Of a stretch of DNA of 64,000 nucleotides, positions 1 through 11,360 are shown piece after piece. The notes under the pieces are model-generated. The model was not told the origin of the DNA and made no database searches. It worked only from the letters and a program-made list of their open reading frames with translations. Made by a program: the position numbers and the translations under genes. Within the stretch, counting starts at the first letter, position 1. Each line of letters begins with the position of its first letter. Source of the DNA: Takakia lepidozioides (Eukaryota > Plantae > Bryophyta); assembly GCA_030704615.1 (NCBI GenBank), contig CM060731.1, positions 10,044,001 to 10,108,000 of the forward strand. The letters run 5' to 3'.

Positions 1-268
1 CAACTCTGAAAGTCTCGAGGCTGAGCCAAAAGCCCAGGCCCTTGTGGGGCCTAGTTATTGGGCAAACCACACACAGCAGGTTGATGCTTGTGTAAAGGGA
101 TTTCCAGAGGATATCTGGAAAACCTGGATGAACTCTCTATTCCAAGGTAAGTCTTACTACCGGCGTCAGTCCCTGACAAAGGTAGGTTCTGTCCCTTTGT
201 GTTCCGCTCAAACTGGCCGCGGGGTCAATGGCCACAAGGCTATGGCAAACAACGTCTTATGAGTACAT
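1..268 (+). mobile_element. 3' end of a non-LTR retrotransposon (same family as 11036-15765)
   Basis: ORF 44-262 (...QTGRGVNGHKAMANNVL*) closely matches the C-terminus of ORF 14854-15759. Both copies end in AACAACGTCTTATGAGTACA. Confidence 0.9.
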
Positions 269-1559
269 TCTCTCTGTCTCTGTCTCTCTCATTATCTTGA
301 TGGTGGCTAAGCTCCACTCAAGAAGTGCCTAATCCCGTTGGAATTTCATGGTCAGAAAAGAGGCAGCCCTATAAAGTTGGAAGATCTGGCTGCTCTTCTC
401 ATTTGGAAGAGCAGGCAGGAGCTGAAGTACTATGGCATCAACTAAGGGACTCACTTTGAATTTCTGCTCCGTATGGCAACACAAGGCTGAGTGCTGCTGT
501 AACAGCATAAGCAATGCGTTGCTTTGCTGAGGTACTGTTGCAAGAGATAACAATGCCATGAAGTTGAAAGTCGTGGCTACTTTTCTCCTTGGAGGAGCAG
601 TCACCTCAGTTGGCTTCGAGCAAGTTGCTCACTTAGACTCTTTTCTTTGAAGTGCTGCTCAGTATGGCAACACAGGGCTGATTGCTGCTGTAACAGCATA
701 TGCAAGGCTTTGCTTCTGATGTACTGTTGCAAGAGTAACTACCACCGTCCCACCCACTGGTATGCTGTCTTGTCTTTCTATCTTGTAATTCATGAATGTC
801 TCCTAGCTAAAGTGAACATGGATAACAACTGTCAAGTCGTTTTCGCCTGGAATTCTATGCAAATCACTGATCTATTGGTTGGTGGGTGCATAATGGGGCC
901 AGGTGAGGCGGGTTCACTTGCGTTAGAGGTTAGACATGCTCAGATTGTGACAAGGAAAGAAAGGGCATAAGGGAAGCCTTCTTGCTGCCTCGTACTTGGT
1001 GCGGAATGGTGTTGAGAGTAAACACATGTTTGTGCTAGTCTCAAATTTTTGATGGACTGTAGGAAGTTCTTGGGATCTGATCACCAGTGGCAGCCTTGCC
1101 ATCTGTTGATCCTTTTGACAAAGAATACCCATACTACAACTCTGGAGCATTTTGAATTTGCAGAACTGGTTCTTTCCCCTAACTGCTGCTGAGCTATGGC
1201 TTTTCTCATAGCTGCAGTTTTGACTTCTAAATAGCCTCTACTAGAAATATTCTAGTATGAATCTATGGGGGGTTCTACTCTACTTGTGGAAACTAAAGAA
1301 GTATCTTATGGTCAAAGCCTTGCTTGCATATGATGACACATTATGTAAGCAGTTGCAAGATGTGTAAGCATACATGCTCACAAATTTGACTTTTGCAGGA
1401 CTGGCGAGGTTTCTATGTAAATGCTGGCTTCTATATTGAAGGAGCTGGACCATGTCCAGATGTATGATGTTGTCAAACAAAACAGGACTGGATCCAAATG
1501 ATCTAGGACTGGACAGGTGACTAATTGAAACTCTCTCCACCCAATAAGTGCCTGGCCAA

Positions 1560-1828
1560 ACCCTCCAAAAATATCGCGCTCTGGCCTGAGGAAACATGTA
1601 GTGTACCTGTAGCTCTTGCGATGCCCTCCGTCTCTTGTTGAGGTCGGCGGTGTACCGAAAGCGACGGGTAGCATTCAGCACAAGGCTTGCTTTGCGCCAT
1701 GCTTCTAGCGTCTCCACCGACGGTCTCTTGTTGGGAATCTCGAAGTCCTTCATGGAATCGTGCTCTTCCAAGGAGAGTAAACTGCCCATAGTGTGTTTGA
1801 ATGAGCGTGACGACTGTTCACTCTGCAT
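1560..1828 (-). CDS. N-terminal autoinhibitory (calmodulin-binding) region of a P2B Ca2+-ATPase (ACA-type); fragment or first exon only
   Basis: FEIPNKRPSVETLEAWRKASLVLNATRRFRYTADL matches the plant ACA N-terminal motif (W-R..LVLNA.RRFRYT.DL). No ATPase core is visible in the window. Confidence 0.6.
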
Positions 1829-4748
1829 TGTTACCCCACTCTCTACTGGCAGCAATGTCCCCTTGTCAAGAGCCAGTCACAAACAGCGATCCACGATCAT
1901 GAACAACACATCTTTAACTTCCGAATGCAACCGAAGTGATCATGCGGATTGTAGCACCTAGGATATTGAGAAGCTCGAAATCTCCAGTAATATGCACACA
2001 TTGTTCACTAGTGCTACAAAACACACATACATACTTTGTCCCTCTCTCTCTGAGCTTCCCGTGGACGTTATGAGTGCCATTTCATTTCTTTCTGTTCCAC
2101 TGCTAACCCTTCTTCCCACTGGTTGAACATGAATTGAAGTCCATAAAGCAAAACTTTAGAGCACCGAAAGTTGCAACCAGATCAGCGTGCCCTCAGCAAA
2201 GTTAAGGAGCCCTACATAATTCGCGCGCAAACTGAACACACGCAGGTCTAGATGCACCCATTACAGAAACACAGGTGAAAGAGCTCAGTGTGCTGCCTTC
2301 ATCAGTCCCACTCATAATTTCCAACTAATTTCGTGACACATGGGTCCAGCTCCGACTCGAGTCCCGACACTCGTACAGCTCTCACAATACACTGCATTCT
2401 TGTGCAATGTCATGACTCATATCCCGTGATTTTCGTACTTCACAGGACTAAACATTGTCGGGACCGTTGGATCCGGGAAATGAGACATGTCACAAACTAG
2501 CTACCTTACTTACCTTGCAGGACGCAAATCGAGGGCCTCCTAATCTCTTCTATTTAAAGATCTCAAGTCTACCGACACACCCACGCAAATTACGTGTGTA
2601 CACCTCTCACAGAAAAGGCAATCAGGGCTGATCACTGAAAAACTTCCTTGGTGTTGTGGGGTTGCACAGATGGATGGATCATTGCTGTAAGGGATGCCGT
2701 GGGCCCAGCTGTGTTGATACTTGTTGGGAAGTCGGAAGATCATCAAAATGCTTTGGAAGCAAGACTCAGTCGCCCAAAATCCTCACCAACATAACTACAG
2801 ATTCCTACATCGCATGTGACACCATTCAGCAGGGGTGCTGGGAAGCTGTTGGGCATGGGCTGAAGTCAAATGGGGCCACAAACAAGCCAATGAAAGACTG
2901 CGAGTCATGATCCCAGGAGTGGAGGCAGGTGTGTGTATTACTGCTCTGGGCACACCTCTCTAGATCGCAGCAAAGAAACCTTCAATCCGACAGTGTGTGG
3001 ACTGTCGAGAGAGCACGAGGTGTTGACTATGGCGCTACAGGTACAGTCATGGCATCGCTTGCAATCATCGTTTTCCTCTTTGGTAAACACACATTCAAGT
3101 TGATACCCAAGTTAAGTACTCTCCTTTTGAGTCCTCCCTTTGACAAATCCTCTCACACAAGAAAAGTGACTGGAGATCAAATAACAATGAAAACTGGCAG
3201 GAAAAATCTTGTATCTCTTTAGACTTTTTCTATTTTTTTTTGGGGGAGAACATCCCAACGGACTATTTAGAATCAAACTAATATTTTATCAAAAGAATAA
3301 TTATTTCATAAATTAATCCTGGTGAGGGAGGAGGGGTCAGTGACCCTTGGATTTCTCAGATTTCAATCAATTGAGCCCGTTTTTTTTCCAGCGGATGCCG
3401 TCCACTTGTCGGACAGAAATCCAATGAGCGATTGATGGGATTTTTTGGTTAGGGTTAGGATTTTTGGTGGCCAAGGCGGTGGGGTCTGCTTTGTGGCGTG
3501 AGAGCAGCTCTCCCGCGCTTTTTGGGCTCTCTCACCTTGCGTGTTTGTCTTCCTAGCCTCACTGTGCTCGTGTTTCGGGAGCTCTGCTGCGGCGTGTGTA
3601 TGCAGGTGGCCGTTGCGTGGTGGCAGGGGGCCGTTGCCCATAGTGTCATTGAGATTCCTGCATTGTGGTTTTGCTTCATTACTACTCACCTTCATGGATA
3701 GCTGTTGCATTCATAAGACTAGCTACGCTGCGATCTCCAGAGCATAGAGCATCTGTTGTTGTAGGTGTGATTGGGGAAGAGGTGCGCAGCTTTGCATTGA
3801 AGATTGGACTCTTTGCTGAGAGGAAGAGAGGGTCTTGGGAGCACAATCGAGGCTCTCTGTGAGTGAATGCGATTCGGCGCATGCATCTGTTCGATTTAGT
3901 ACAAATTGCGATGGGGTCTGGTGGTGCTCCACCTCCTGCACCTGCCCATCTTGCTGCTCAAGCGACAACCATCGCTGCGTGGGCACGGTCGTTGGGTGCG
4001 AGTTCACAGCAAGTCGATCAGATCTTGGGTTGTCTGAATGAGGATTACCTTTTGGAATTGAAGAGGCCTGCAAGGATAAGGTGGCCAGCCTTCCCCCAAC
4101 CAAGCAACTTCCGGTACTTGTTTAGGAGGCACGTAGCTCGCATTTTGGGATGGAGTGAACGTAAGGAAGAGGGGCCCTGGCGGCTTTTCCACCGAGGTGA
4201 ACGAAATCCTGAGACTCCAGGTGTGGCCGGATTTTGCAAACTCTGAAGCTTCGCACTATGAGACTGAAGGAGTTGGCGAGGTCGCAGGGTAAGTGTGATT
4301 CCCAGCCAGATTTCCCTTCGAATGTTGGTGAAGATTGTCATGGTCGATCGCAGTACTCCTTGCGTAGTTCTCAAGTTCCGGAATGTGATATTGCTGGGCA
4401 TTCACAATCACTGGAACACATGGGATTGTTGGGATCCACTGTGAAGGTGTGTGTGGCAGACTTGAATTTGGAGGACTTGCCATCCTCCAGCAGTGCCAGG
4501 CCTGAGTGGGCCTATGGGACTGTCATTGAGAAGACATGGGACATTCTGAATTCCAGGCAGAATTTCCTTGTATCTCTTTTTGGGCAATTAGGAGTGCACT
4601 ATGTTCCTGCCAGTGCTTGTGTAGTCCAGGACCTAGATGGAGAGCATGGGTGTTCATTGAATGAGTTGCTCGGCCTGGATCCCAATGACGACTTGCCTGG
4701 GGTGAATTATCAGAGTGTGATGATGATTCTGATTCTGATTTTGATCCT

Positions 4749-6395
4749 TTGGAAGAAGAGGATGTTAATCCGGATCCTGATGCTACTGAGAACCCTGACT
4801 TGATGGACTTCTGTGTAGACACTGGGCTCCCCACCCGGGAGCTGGGCCTGTATGAATTGCCAGAAGGTTGGGAGGGATGGGGCCCTCATGATTTCTTTGC
4901 TGACGACATGTGGAATAGCAATTCGGCCCACCTGCCAGAGGTAAGTTGGTCGGGTGGGGAGTCTGGCCTGAATCTGCCTTTCGGAGATGAGGCAGACCCG
5001 ATTGACTTTTTCAATTTGTTTTGGCCAGTCTCTATCATGCGGAGAATATGTGGAATGACCAACCTGTATGCAAGGACATTGAATTCGAATGGAAATCTGA
5101 AAGGGGGTAGATGGTGGTACCCGCCTACAGTTCGTGAATTGAGGGCCTGGATTGCCGTTCATATTCTTATGGGCATCAAGAAATTTCCTAACACTAGGCT
5201 GTACTGGAAGCACAACGATAGTTTCTTCAATTGCCCTTCTATAATTCGCATCATGTCGCGCAACCGGTGGGAGAGCGTCTTGAGATGCCTCCACCTTGTT
5301 GACAACAGAGATGTGGTCACTGATCCAAACGAGCCAGCATTTGATAAGCTAGCGAAAACCCGTTGGCTTATAGATGCCCAAAATGACTTGTATGCTACAT
5401 TCATGAGGCCTGAACAGAACCTGTGTGTGGATGAGCAAATGGTGAAGTGTAAAGGGAGGTATGCTCGAATTCAGCAGTACATGGTGAAGAAGCCCGTGAA
5501 GTGGGGCATAAAGTCATGGTGTTTGTGTGGGGCAACTTCTAAGTATGTTCACAAACTGGAGGTGTATCTAGGGAAGGATGAGGGAAATGATTTGACGCAT
5601 GGGTCTGGATATGGAGTTGTCACAAGGCTGCTGGCTGGATTTGAAGGGAAGGGTCATATAGTAACTATGGATAACTTCTTCAGTAGCCCTCTTCTTTTCT
5701 ATGACTTGGCAGCCAAGTCCATCTTTGCTACTGGCACAGTAAAAACAACAAGGGTGGGGTTTCCTTCTTGTCTTGATTTGGGAAAAAATGGTGAGAGGGG
5801 AAGGCTGGAATGGCGCATGCACATATCTGGTAAGTTGGCGGCTGTTTCATGGATGGACAGGAAAATGGTGTCCTTCTTGAGTACTGCCATCTCCCCTGTT
5901 GGTGAGGATTGTTTCATTGAAAGAAGACATGAGGGGGCTAGACGCCTTGTGCCGACCTCCCCCATAGTGGTGCACTATCAGCACCACATGCGGGGGGTGG
6001 ATGTGCAGGACCAACTATGTGGCTACTATTCAGTTCAGACCCATGACCACAAGTGGTGGCACAGGCTGTACTTCCACTCCGTGGACACCTCTTTGGTCAA
6101 TTCTTACATTTTGTACTTGGGCTGGATGGCAACAAAGGGCCAGACGCCTCGTAGCCACATGTTATACAATTTAGCTATAGCTAAAGGACTAACGGAGGGG
6201 TGGGTTGCTCCCAGGAGCACAGTGATGCCAGGTTCAAACGTGCCCAACCCGGGTGCAGTTCACTTTTCCCTCAGAAGTAGTAGGAGGAGGAAGTGTGTTG
6301 AATGCGGTGTTCGCCAGAGGTACTTCTGTGCAATGTGTGGAGATCTTCCCATGTGCCTTGGACGTTGTTTTGTGCGGAGCCATAGCCTTCTTTGA
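4749..6395 (+). CDS. piggyBac (DDE_Tnp_1_7/PGBD-type) transposase
   Basis: Uninterrupted 548-aa ORF with DDD motifs (CVDEQM, TMDNFF, RGVDVQD), KPVKWGIK and a C-terminal Cys-rich domain CVEC..CAMC..C...C...H. The N-terminus probably extends into ORF 4234-4803 via a frameshift near 4716. Confidence 0.93.
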   Translation: MEEEDVNPDPDATENPDLMDFCVDTGLPTRELGLYELPEGWEGWGPHDFFADDMWNSNSAHLPEVSWSGGESGLNLPFGDEADPIDFFNLFWPVSIMRRICGMTNLYARTLNSNGNLKGGRWWYPPTVRELRAWIAVHILMGIKKFPNTRLYWKHNDSFFNCPSIIRIMSRNRWESVLRCLHLVDNRDVVTDPNEPAFDKLAKTRWLIDAQNDLYATFMRPEQNLCVDEQMVKCKGRYARIQQYMVKKPVKWGIKSWCLCGATSKYVHKLEVYLGKDEGNDLTHGSGYGVVTRLLAGFEGKGHIVTMDNFFSSPLLFYDLAAKSIFATGTVKTTRVGFPSCLDLGKNGERGRLEWRMHISGKLAAVSWMDRKMVSFLSTAISPVGEDCFIERRHEGARRLVPTSPIVVHYQHHMRGVDVQDQLCGYYSVQTHDHKWWHRLYFHSVDTSLVNSYILYLGWMATKGQTPRSHMLYNLAIAKGLTEGWVAPRSTVMPGSNVPNPGAVHFSLRSSRRRKCVECGVRQRYFCAMCGDLPMCLGRCFVRSHSLL

Positions 6396-7348
6396 TGCAT
6401 GTGAGTGGCTGGTGGTTCACTAAACATTCTGATTGATTGCTCCTGCAGAGACGTGGAGACTCTTCTGAAAGGTGGAGTGTCCACGGGCTGGGTTGAGGCC
6501 TTGTATTTGTTCCTCAACACTCTAACGTGCTTGGGGGTAAGTGCTTTCATGCTAATTTTGAGCTTGAAGAGGTTTTACTAACTACTTTAGTGTAGAGAGT
6601 CGCTTGACAAGTCCTAGGATAGTGGGTCAATGGTGTGTGGGAAGTCTATGGTCACTTCCTAATGCGCAGGTGTATGTCTTGGCTGGTGCAGCACTCCGAG
6701 ATCTGGTTATGGGTGCAGCCAGCTCCTGTGTGGTAGTTTTGTAATATGCCAATTTTGCGTGGAGGCTTTCGAGTGTTCTAGGCTGTAGTGGCAGTTGTGC
6801 TTGGATTTTTGGTGACTGATCAGTTTGTAGTTAGTACTGCTGCAACAGAACATAACCAGCTCTGGTAGTATGATGCTAGTTTAGTCCTTGCCATAGTGTA
6901 GTGTGGAGGAGGCATAGTTGCATATTCAGGTCTTGCTACAAGCATTTGTTATGAAAAGACTAAGTTGCCTTCATGTTCAGCGGGCGTGTGTGGTAGAGCA
7001 GGTTAGTGGTTAGTCCCCTTGTCAAGCGGGGGGGTGCACACAAGGGGGGATCCTCCCCCTTGTGTTCATGTGCGAGCTGCCAGTTGGGTCAGGTTACTGG
7101 GTTCAATTCCCACTCACACAATTGTAGGGCTATGTGCTTGGATGGGTGGGATTGTGGAATCTGTTTTATGCTCGATGTTGCACGTTGCTCAAGCCTGCTG
7201 TAGCAATCACACACGGCGACTTGCTGTATGTAAACCATAAATGGTTGGGCTGTACACCCTCAAGTAAGCACCTCTCAAAATGTGGTGGACAGCCTTTTCA
7301 ATTCAGTAATCAGTGTTGTTTTGGGTAGCCCGCTTGCTGCAGTACTGC

Positions 7349-7488
7349 GGTCATTTTATGTGTGAAGGTCTACAGCCCTGTTGGTCATGGTTGATGGTCA
7401 TTTTATGTGTGGAGGTCTACAGCCCTGTTGGTCATGGTTGATGGTCATTTTATGTGTGGAGGTCTACAGCCCTGTTGGTCATGGTTGA
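7349..7488. repeat. 47-bp tandem repeat x3 in the piggyBac 3' region
   Basis: GGTCATTTTATGTGTG(A/G)AGGTCTACAGCCCTGTTGGTCATGGTTGAT starts at 7349, 7396 and 7443. Confidence 0.95.
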
Positions 7489-7976
7489 AGGGTGCTCCTG
7501 TCGACATACACCAAACAAACACCATGGCAGATTCAGGAAACAAAGGGAGCTACATGCAGGACTTTGTCATTTTTCCAGCACCCCAAATTCTCGAAATCTG
7601 ACCCCCTCACGTTTCTAAGTGTCAACACCACGATTTTTGTCCAAATCACTTTTTTCTTTTTAGGCTGGATGGAAGGACCCACCAGGATGAACATGGGAGC
7701 AGTTTCAGCCCATTTGGCTTTCATCCCGTCATTCAATTTTGCACTGGCGTAGAAAGTAAATGTAATTTTGTTGAGTGGGGTCCAAAAATGGACCCCACAT
7801 TCAACGGTGGCGTTTTGGCGATCTCGCTCTGATTGGCCTCAAATTTGGTGTGTCCCTGCACGAGGTAATGTGCGGTCAAAAATCTTAAATTTTTTTGTTT
7901 TCAAGATTTTCTGAGGTTTTTCCTCCGCAGGGGTCTTATTTTTGAAAAAAGTCAAACTTTGTCACTGGGCGCTTAA

Positions 7977-8598
7977 CCCTTAAACGCCCAGTGGGTAAGT
8001 TTGACTTTTCCCAAAATCACTACCCGTCGGGTGAAAAAACCCTGTAATTTCCGGGGAAAAAGGGAATTTTGGAAATTTGACCGGACATTATCTTCCTAAC
8101 TTACCCCCTGCATACACCTGCCAAATTCCAGGCCAATCGGATGGAAATCAGAAAAACGCCACCGTTGCATGTGGGGACATTTTTCGGGGGAAAAAAAATA
8201 AAAATAAAATTGTAAGTGGTTTTCCTGAAATTTGGATGACGGGAAGGAACTCGATTGGGCTGATGCACCTCACTGGTCATCCCCACCACATCCAACATCC
8301 AACAAGCCAAAAAGTGCTCATTGGCCAAGTGTACATGTGCTGCTGGTTGGTCAAAGCAGGGGGGAGCGTGCACAACCACAACGCGGGAACCTCCACGCTT
8401 CGCCACATACCCCCTCCAGAAAAATCGCAATTGCAACTAGCTCATCAGGAATTAGGGCTATCAGGGTTCCCATCTGCAAACTAGACGCTGGGAGCAAATC
8501 CACGGCCCTGATTTTGACAAATTTGATCAAGATCTGAAAAAGTTATGGCTCCTGAAAAATCTTTCGAGGCCCAGTTTCGGCCCCGCGGGCGTTAAAGG
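7977..8598 (-). mobile_element. Non-autonomous piggyBac derivative, inverted relative to the upstream element
   Basis: Starts CCCTTAAACGCCC right after TTAA (7973-7976) and ends GGGCGTTAAAGG. Its first ~250 bp are an inverted homolog of ~7720-7976. The right TTAA is missing. Confidence 0.7.
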
Positions 8599-8759
8599 AA
8601 GTGCAAATTATCGTGTCTCTTCACGAAGGATTACTGGCTTCTGTTGGAAGGTGGAACACTTTCAACCCTAGTCACCTAGGTTATGCAGAAGCAAAGCACA
8701 AACACCCAATCCCTGGGCTATGCTAACAACAAAAAGTTTTACTCCTCAGTGGTTTTTTT

Positions 8760-9600
8760 GGAGTGGTCTTGTCGTCGGCTTGCTTATTCTTCTTGATAGC
8801 CACTATTCTTTCTGCCGTTCCCTCATGATGCATTGCCTTATGCTAGCTCCGATGGATCCAGAGAGGATCTATGCAATGGTTCCAAACAAACACGAACCGC
8901 TGAAACTTGTGCTGCCCAAAAGTTTGTGATGTCATTAGTTATGTAGTTGCATCAATAATATCTATCATAACATCCGGCACCCTGCAAACCGTGGTGGATA
9001 CGCATAGGGGACAATGTTATATTTGGGGTCAAGAGTTCATATTCATAGCAAGTATTCTTCTCCATATTTTCCTGGGACAAGTCTCAATACACTCTTGTTG
9101 ATTTGTGTAATCAGGTCTTCATACTCATGATCACCTCCTAGTCCTCAATTGGATTTTATGCTTAGAGACTTTAGTTACACTTGAGTTCCTCAGACTTTGT
9201 ATGTGGATCCGGACTTAAGAACCAGACCATTTGTTGTCAACTCCCGACCATGAGGACCTGATTACACTCTTATAAAAACCCTAAGATTTGAAAGCAACAA
9301 AAGAGTATTGAGACATGTCACAAGAAAATGTGAAGAAGAATAACTGTTATGAAGACGTAATCTTCACCTCCAGATACAACATTGTCCCCTCCTAACAAAG
9401 AAAGTCCATATCCACCATGGCTCGGAGGCCGTTACATGTTATTGATGCAACTATTGACGTCACAAGCCTTTCAGGCACCACAAGCTTCACTGGTCTGTGT
9501 CTGTCTGGAACCGTTACATGATCCATAAATCCTTACATAGATCCTATCTGGATCCATTGGAGCTAGCACAAGAACAATAGACGTCAACACAAAGACACCA
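8760..9600. repeat. Long diverged inverted repeat (foldback), arms ~350 bp
   Basis: TGCTAGCTCCGATGGATCCAGAGAGGATCTATG (8841) pairs with CATAGATCCTATCTGGATCCATTGGAGCTAGCA (~9536). GTGTAATCAGGTCTTCAT (~9105) pairs with ATGAGGACCTGATTACAC (~9250). The matches are colinear in between. Confidence 0.75.
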
Positions 9601-11360
9601 AACAACCCCACAATATGGAGGCCAAACAAATGCTAGGGTGGCCAGCATGGCCAATCAATACATAGCAGAACATCAACACTCAACACAGGCATGGGTCAAG
9701 TACACAACCATACAACATGAAGACTACAAAATAGCTATGCCTTAAGACCATTATCCACAAGGTCAATCAACAACGTCACACGCTTTCCTACCAGCACTTT
9801 CCATGGAAATAACTTTGCTCTCAAAACAAGATGTTGCGATAGGAGGTTAGGAGAACTTACAAGACACAAGGATATTGATCATCACTTTCTGCTTGGAGTT
9901 CTGGGGCAGTCCGGGAGAGGCACTATTTCTAGAAGAGCTGTAGATCAAAGAACAGGCTCTCTCAAGAACATGATGGCTGAGAGACATCAGAGATCTCCAG
10001 ATCTAAAGCACTAGAAAACACAAAAATCTCAAACCTGGTGAACAGAGTGCAACACAAAAGCAAGAATCTACTCTGTTGCGAAAGCACACCCACAGCTTTT
10101 TTGTGTACACTCACAAAAAATAACAATTAGAAGATGACACACTTCTCTGGTGCTCTTACAGATGGATGGATCCTTGCTATGCTGAGAGAGCAGGAGGTGT
10201 TGACCATGGTGTTGATTCTCACTAAGATAAACATTCATGTCATCTTGCTGAGGCAATGAGAATTTTCCTACCAAGCAAAGACAGATTCTAACAATCACCC
10301 ATTTCTTGGAAGTTCATCCCTCCTAAATGTACTATCTTCGTCCTTCTCATGCATTGTAATGTCTAGGGTTGAAGAAATGACAGAGTCTTGATTTCACTGA
10401 CCATTCTATCTTTCCTTCTCCAAATATCCTTCTCTTTCTCACACAGAAACGTTCACCATATACTGAGGATAACTACTACAACATAGAGATGAAATGAAAT
10501 GGAATGGAACTTTATAACCTCCAGGGAAAGCTCAAAGAGCTTATGGGACAAAATGGAAAAAACATGAGAGAGGAAACAAAACCAGAGCCAAAAAACAGCC
10601 CAAATTACAATAAAATCACAATTCCAATGTGGGATTGACTGCATTGACATTCTTTTTAACCAAAAACTATCTCATGTTTATCATGTATGGTTACGGTTTA
10701 GTAATATCATATCGCTAGTACATATTGCTAATCCCACCAGGCGGATACACTTTCAAACATTTTACAGGTTTCATTATACTGATCTCCTGCAGTTTAGATT
10801 TTGGTTTCTAATCACTGAGAAAGAAAAGGAAGTTTCATGTCGAGATGTCGAGACCCCTGTTGTTAACAGATACTTGCTTATATGTTACATCTTGAGTATT
10901 CTATATCAGTGTACATTGAATAGGTGGTGACTAACCTTGAGATGTTGTATGTCCCCCACCCACCCCATACTTTCAGGATTTCTTCCTACCTACTATTCCC
11001 TGCAATCAACTTAGTTTCTTTCTGTTGACTTCAATTATCTCCCTGTCCTCTAGGAAGCCTATTGACATTGGGTGGACTTGAAACGGGAGTACATTAATGT
11101 CTCTGTGACTAAATGCCGGCCTTGTGATCTCGTGTTCTTGTTTGTTTCGACCTGAAGCGCTTTGCTTCAGGTAAGGTAGTGCATTGGATTTAGTTGGAAA
11201 GCTTGGGGCCTTTCCCTCTTTAGAATATGCCTACACGGGCCATTCCCTGCAACTCCCTGGAGTGTGATCTCTGAATGGTAACAAGCGGACTCCTACCGCT
11301 TGGGGGCAGCCCCTCCGCCCAAATTGGGCAGTCGTATGCTCTGTCTAGCATACTCGGCAC

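Larger units (their letters stand above)
3345..7976 (+). mobile_element. piggyBac DNA transposon (left end approximate, probably truncated)
   Basis: Contains a piggyBac transposase ORF. The right end ...CACTGGGCGC-TTAA (7963-7976) mirrors the terminus of the adjacent related element. No clean left TIR/TTAA found. Confidence 0.7.

Noticed and set aside
11087-11093. GAGTACA as the LINE target-site duplication
   Set aside because: A longer exact 15-bp TSD (11021-11035 / 15766-15780) defines the ends. GAGTACA is the family's own 3' terminus.
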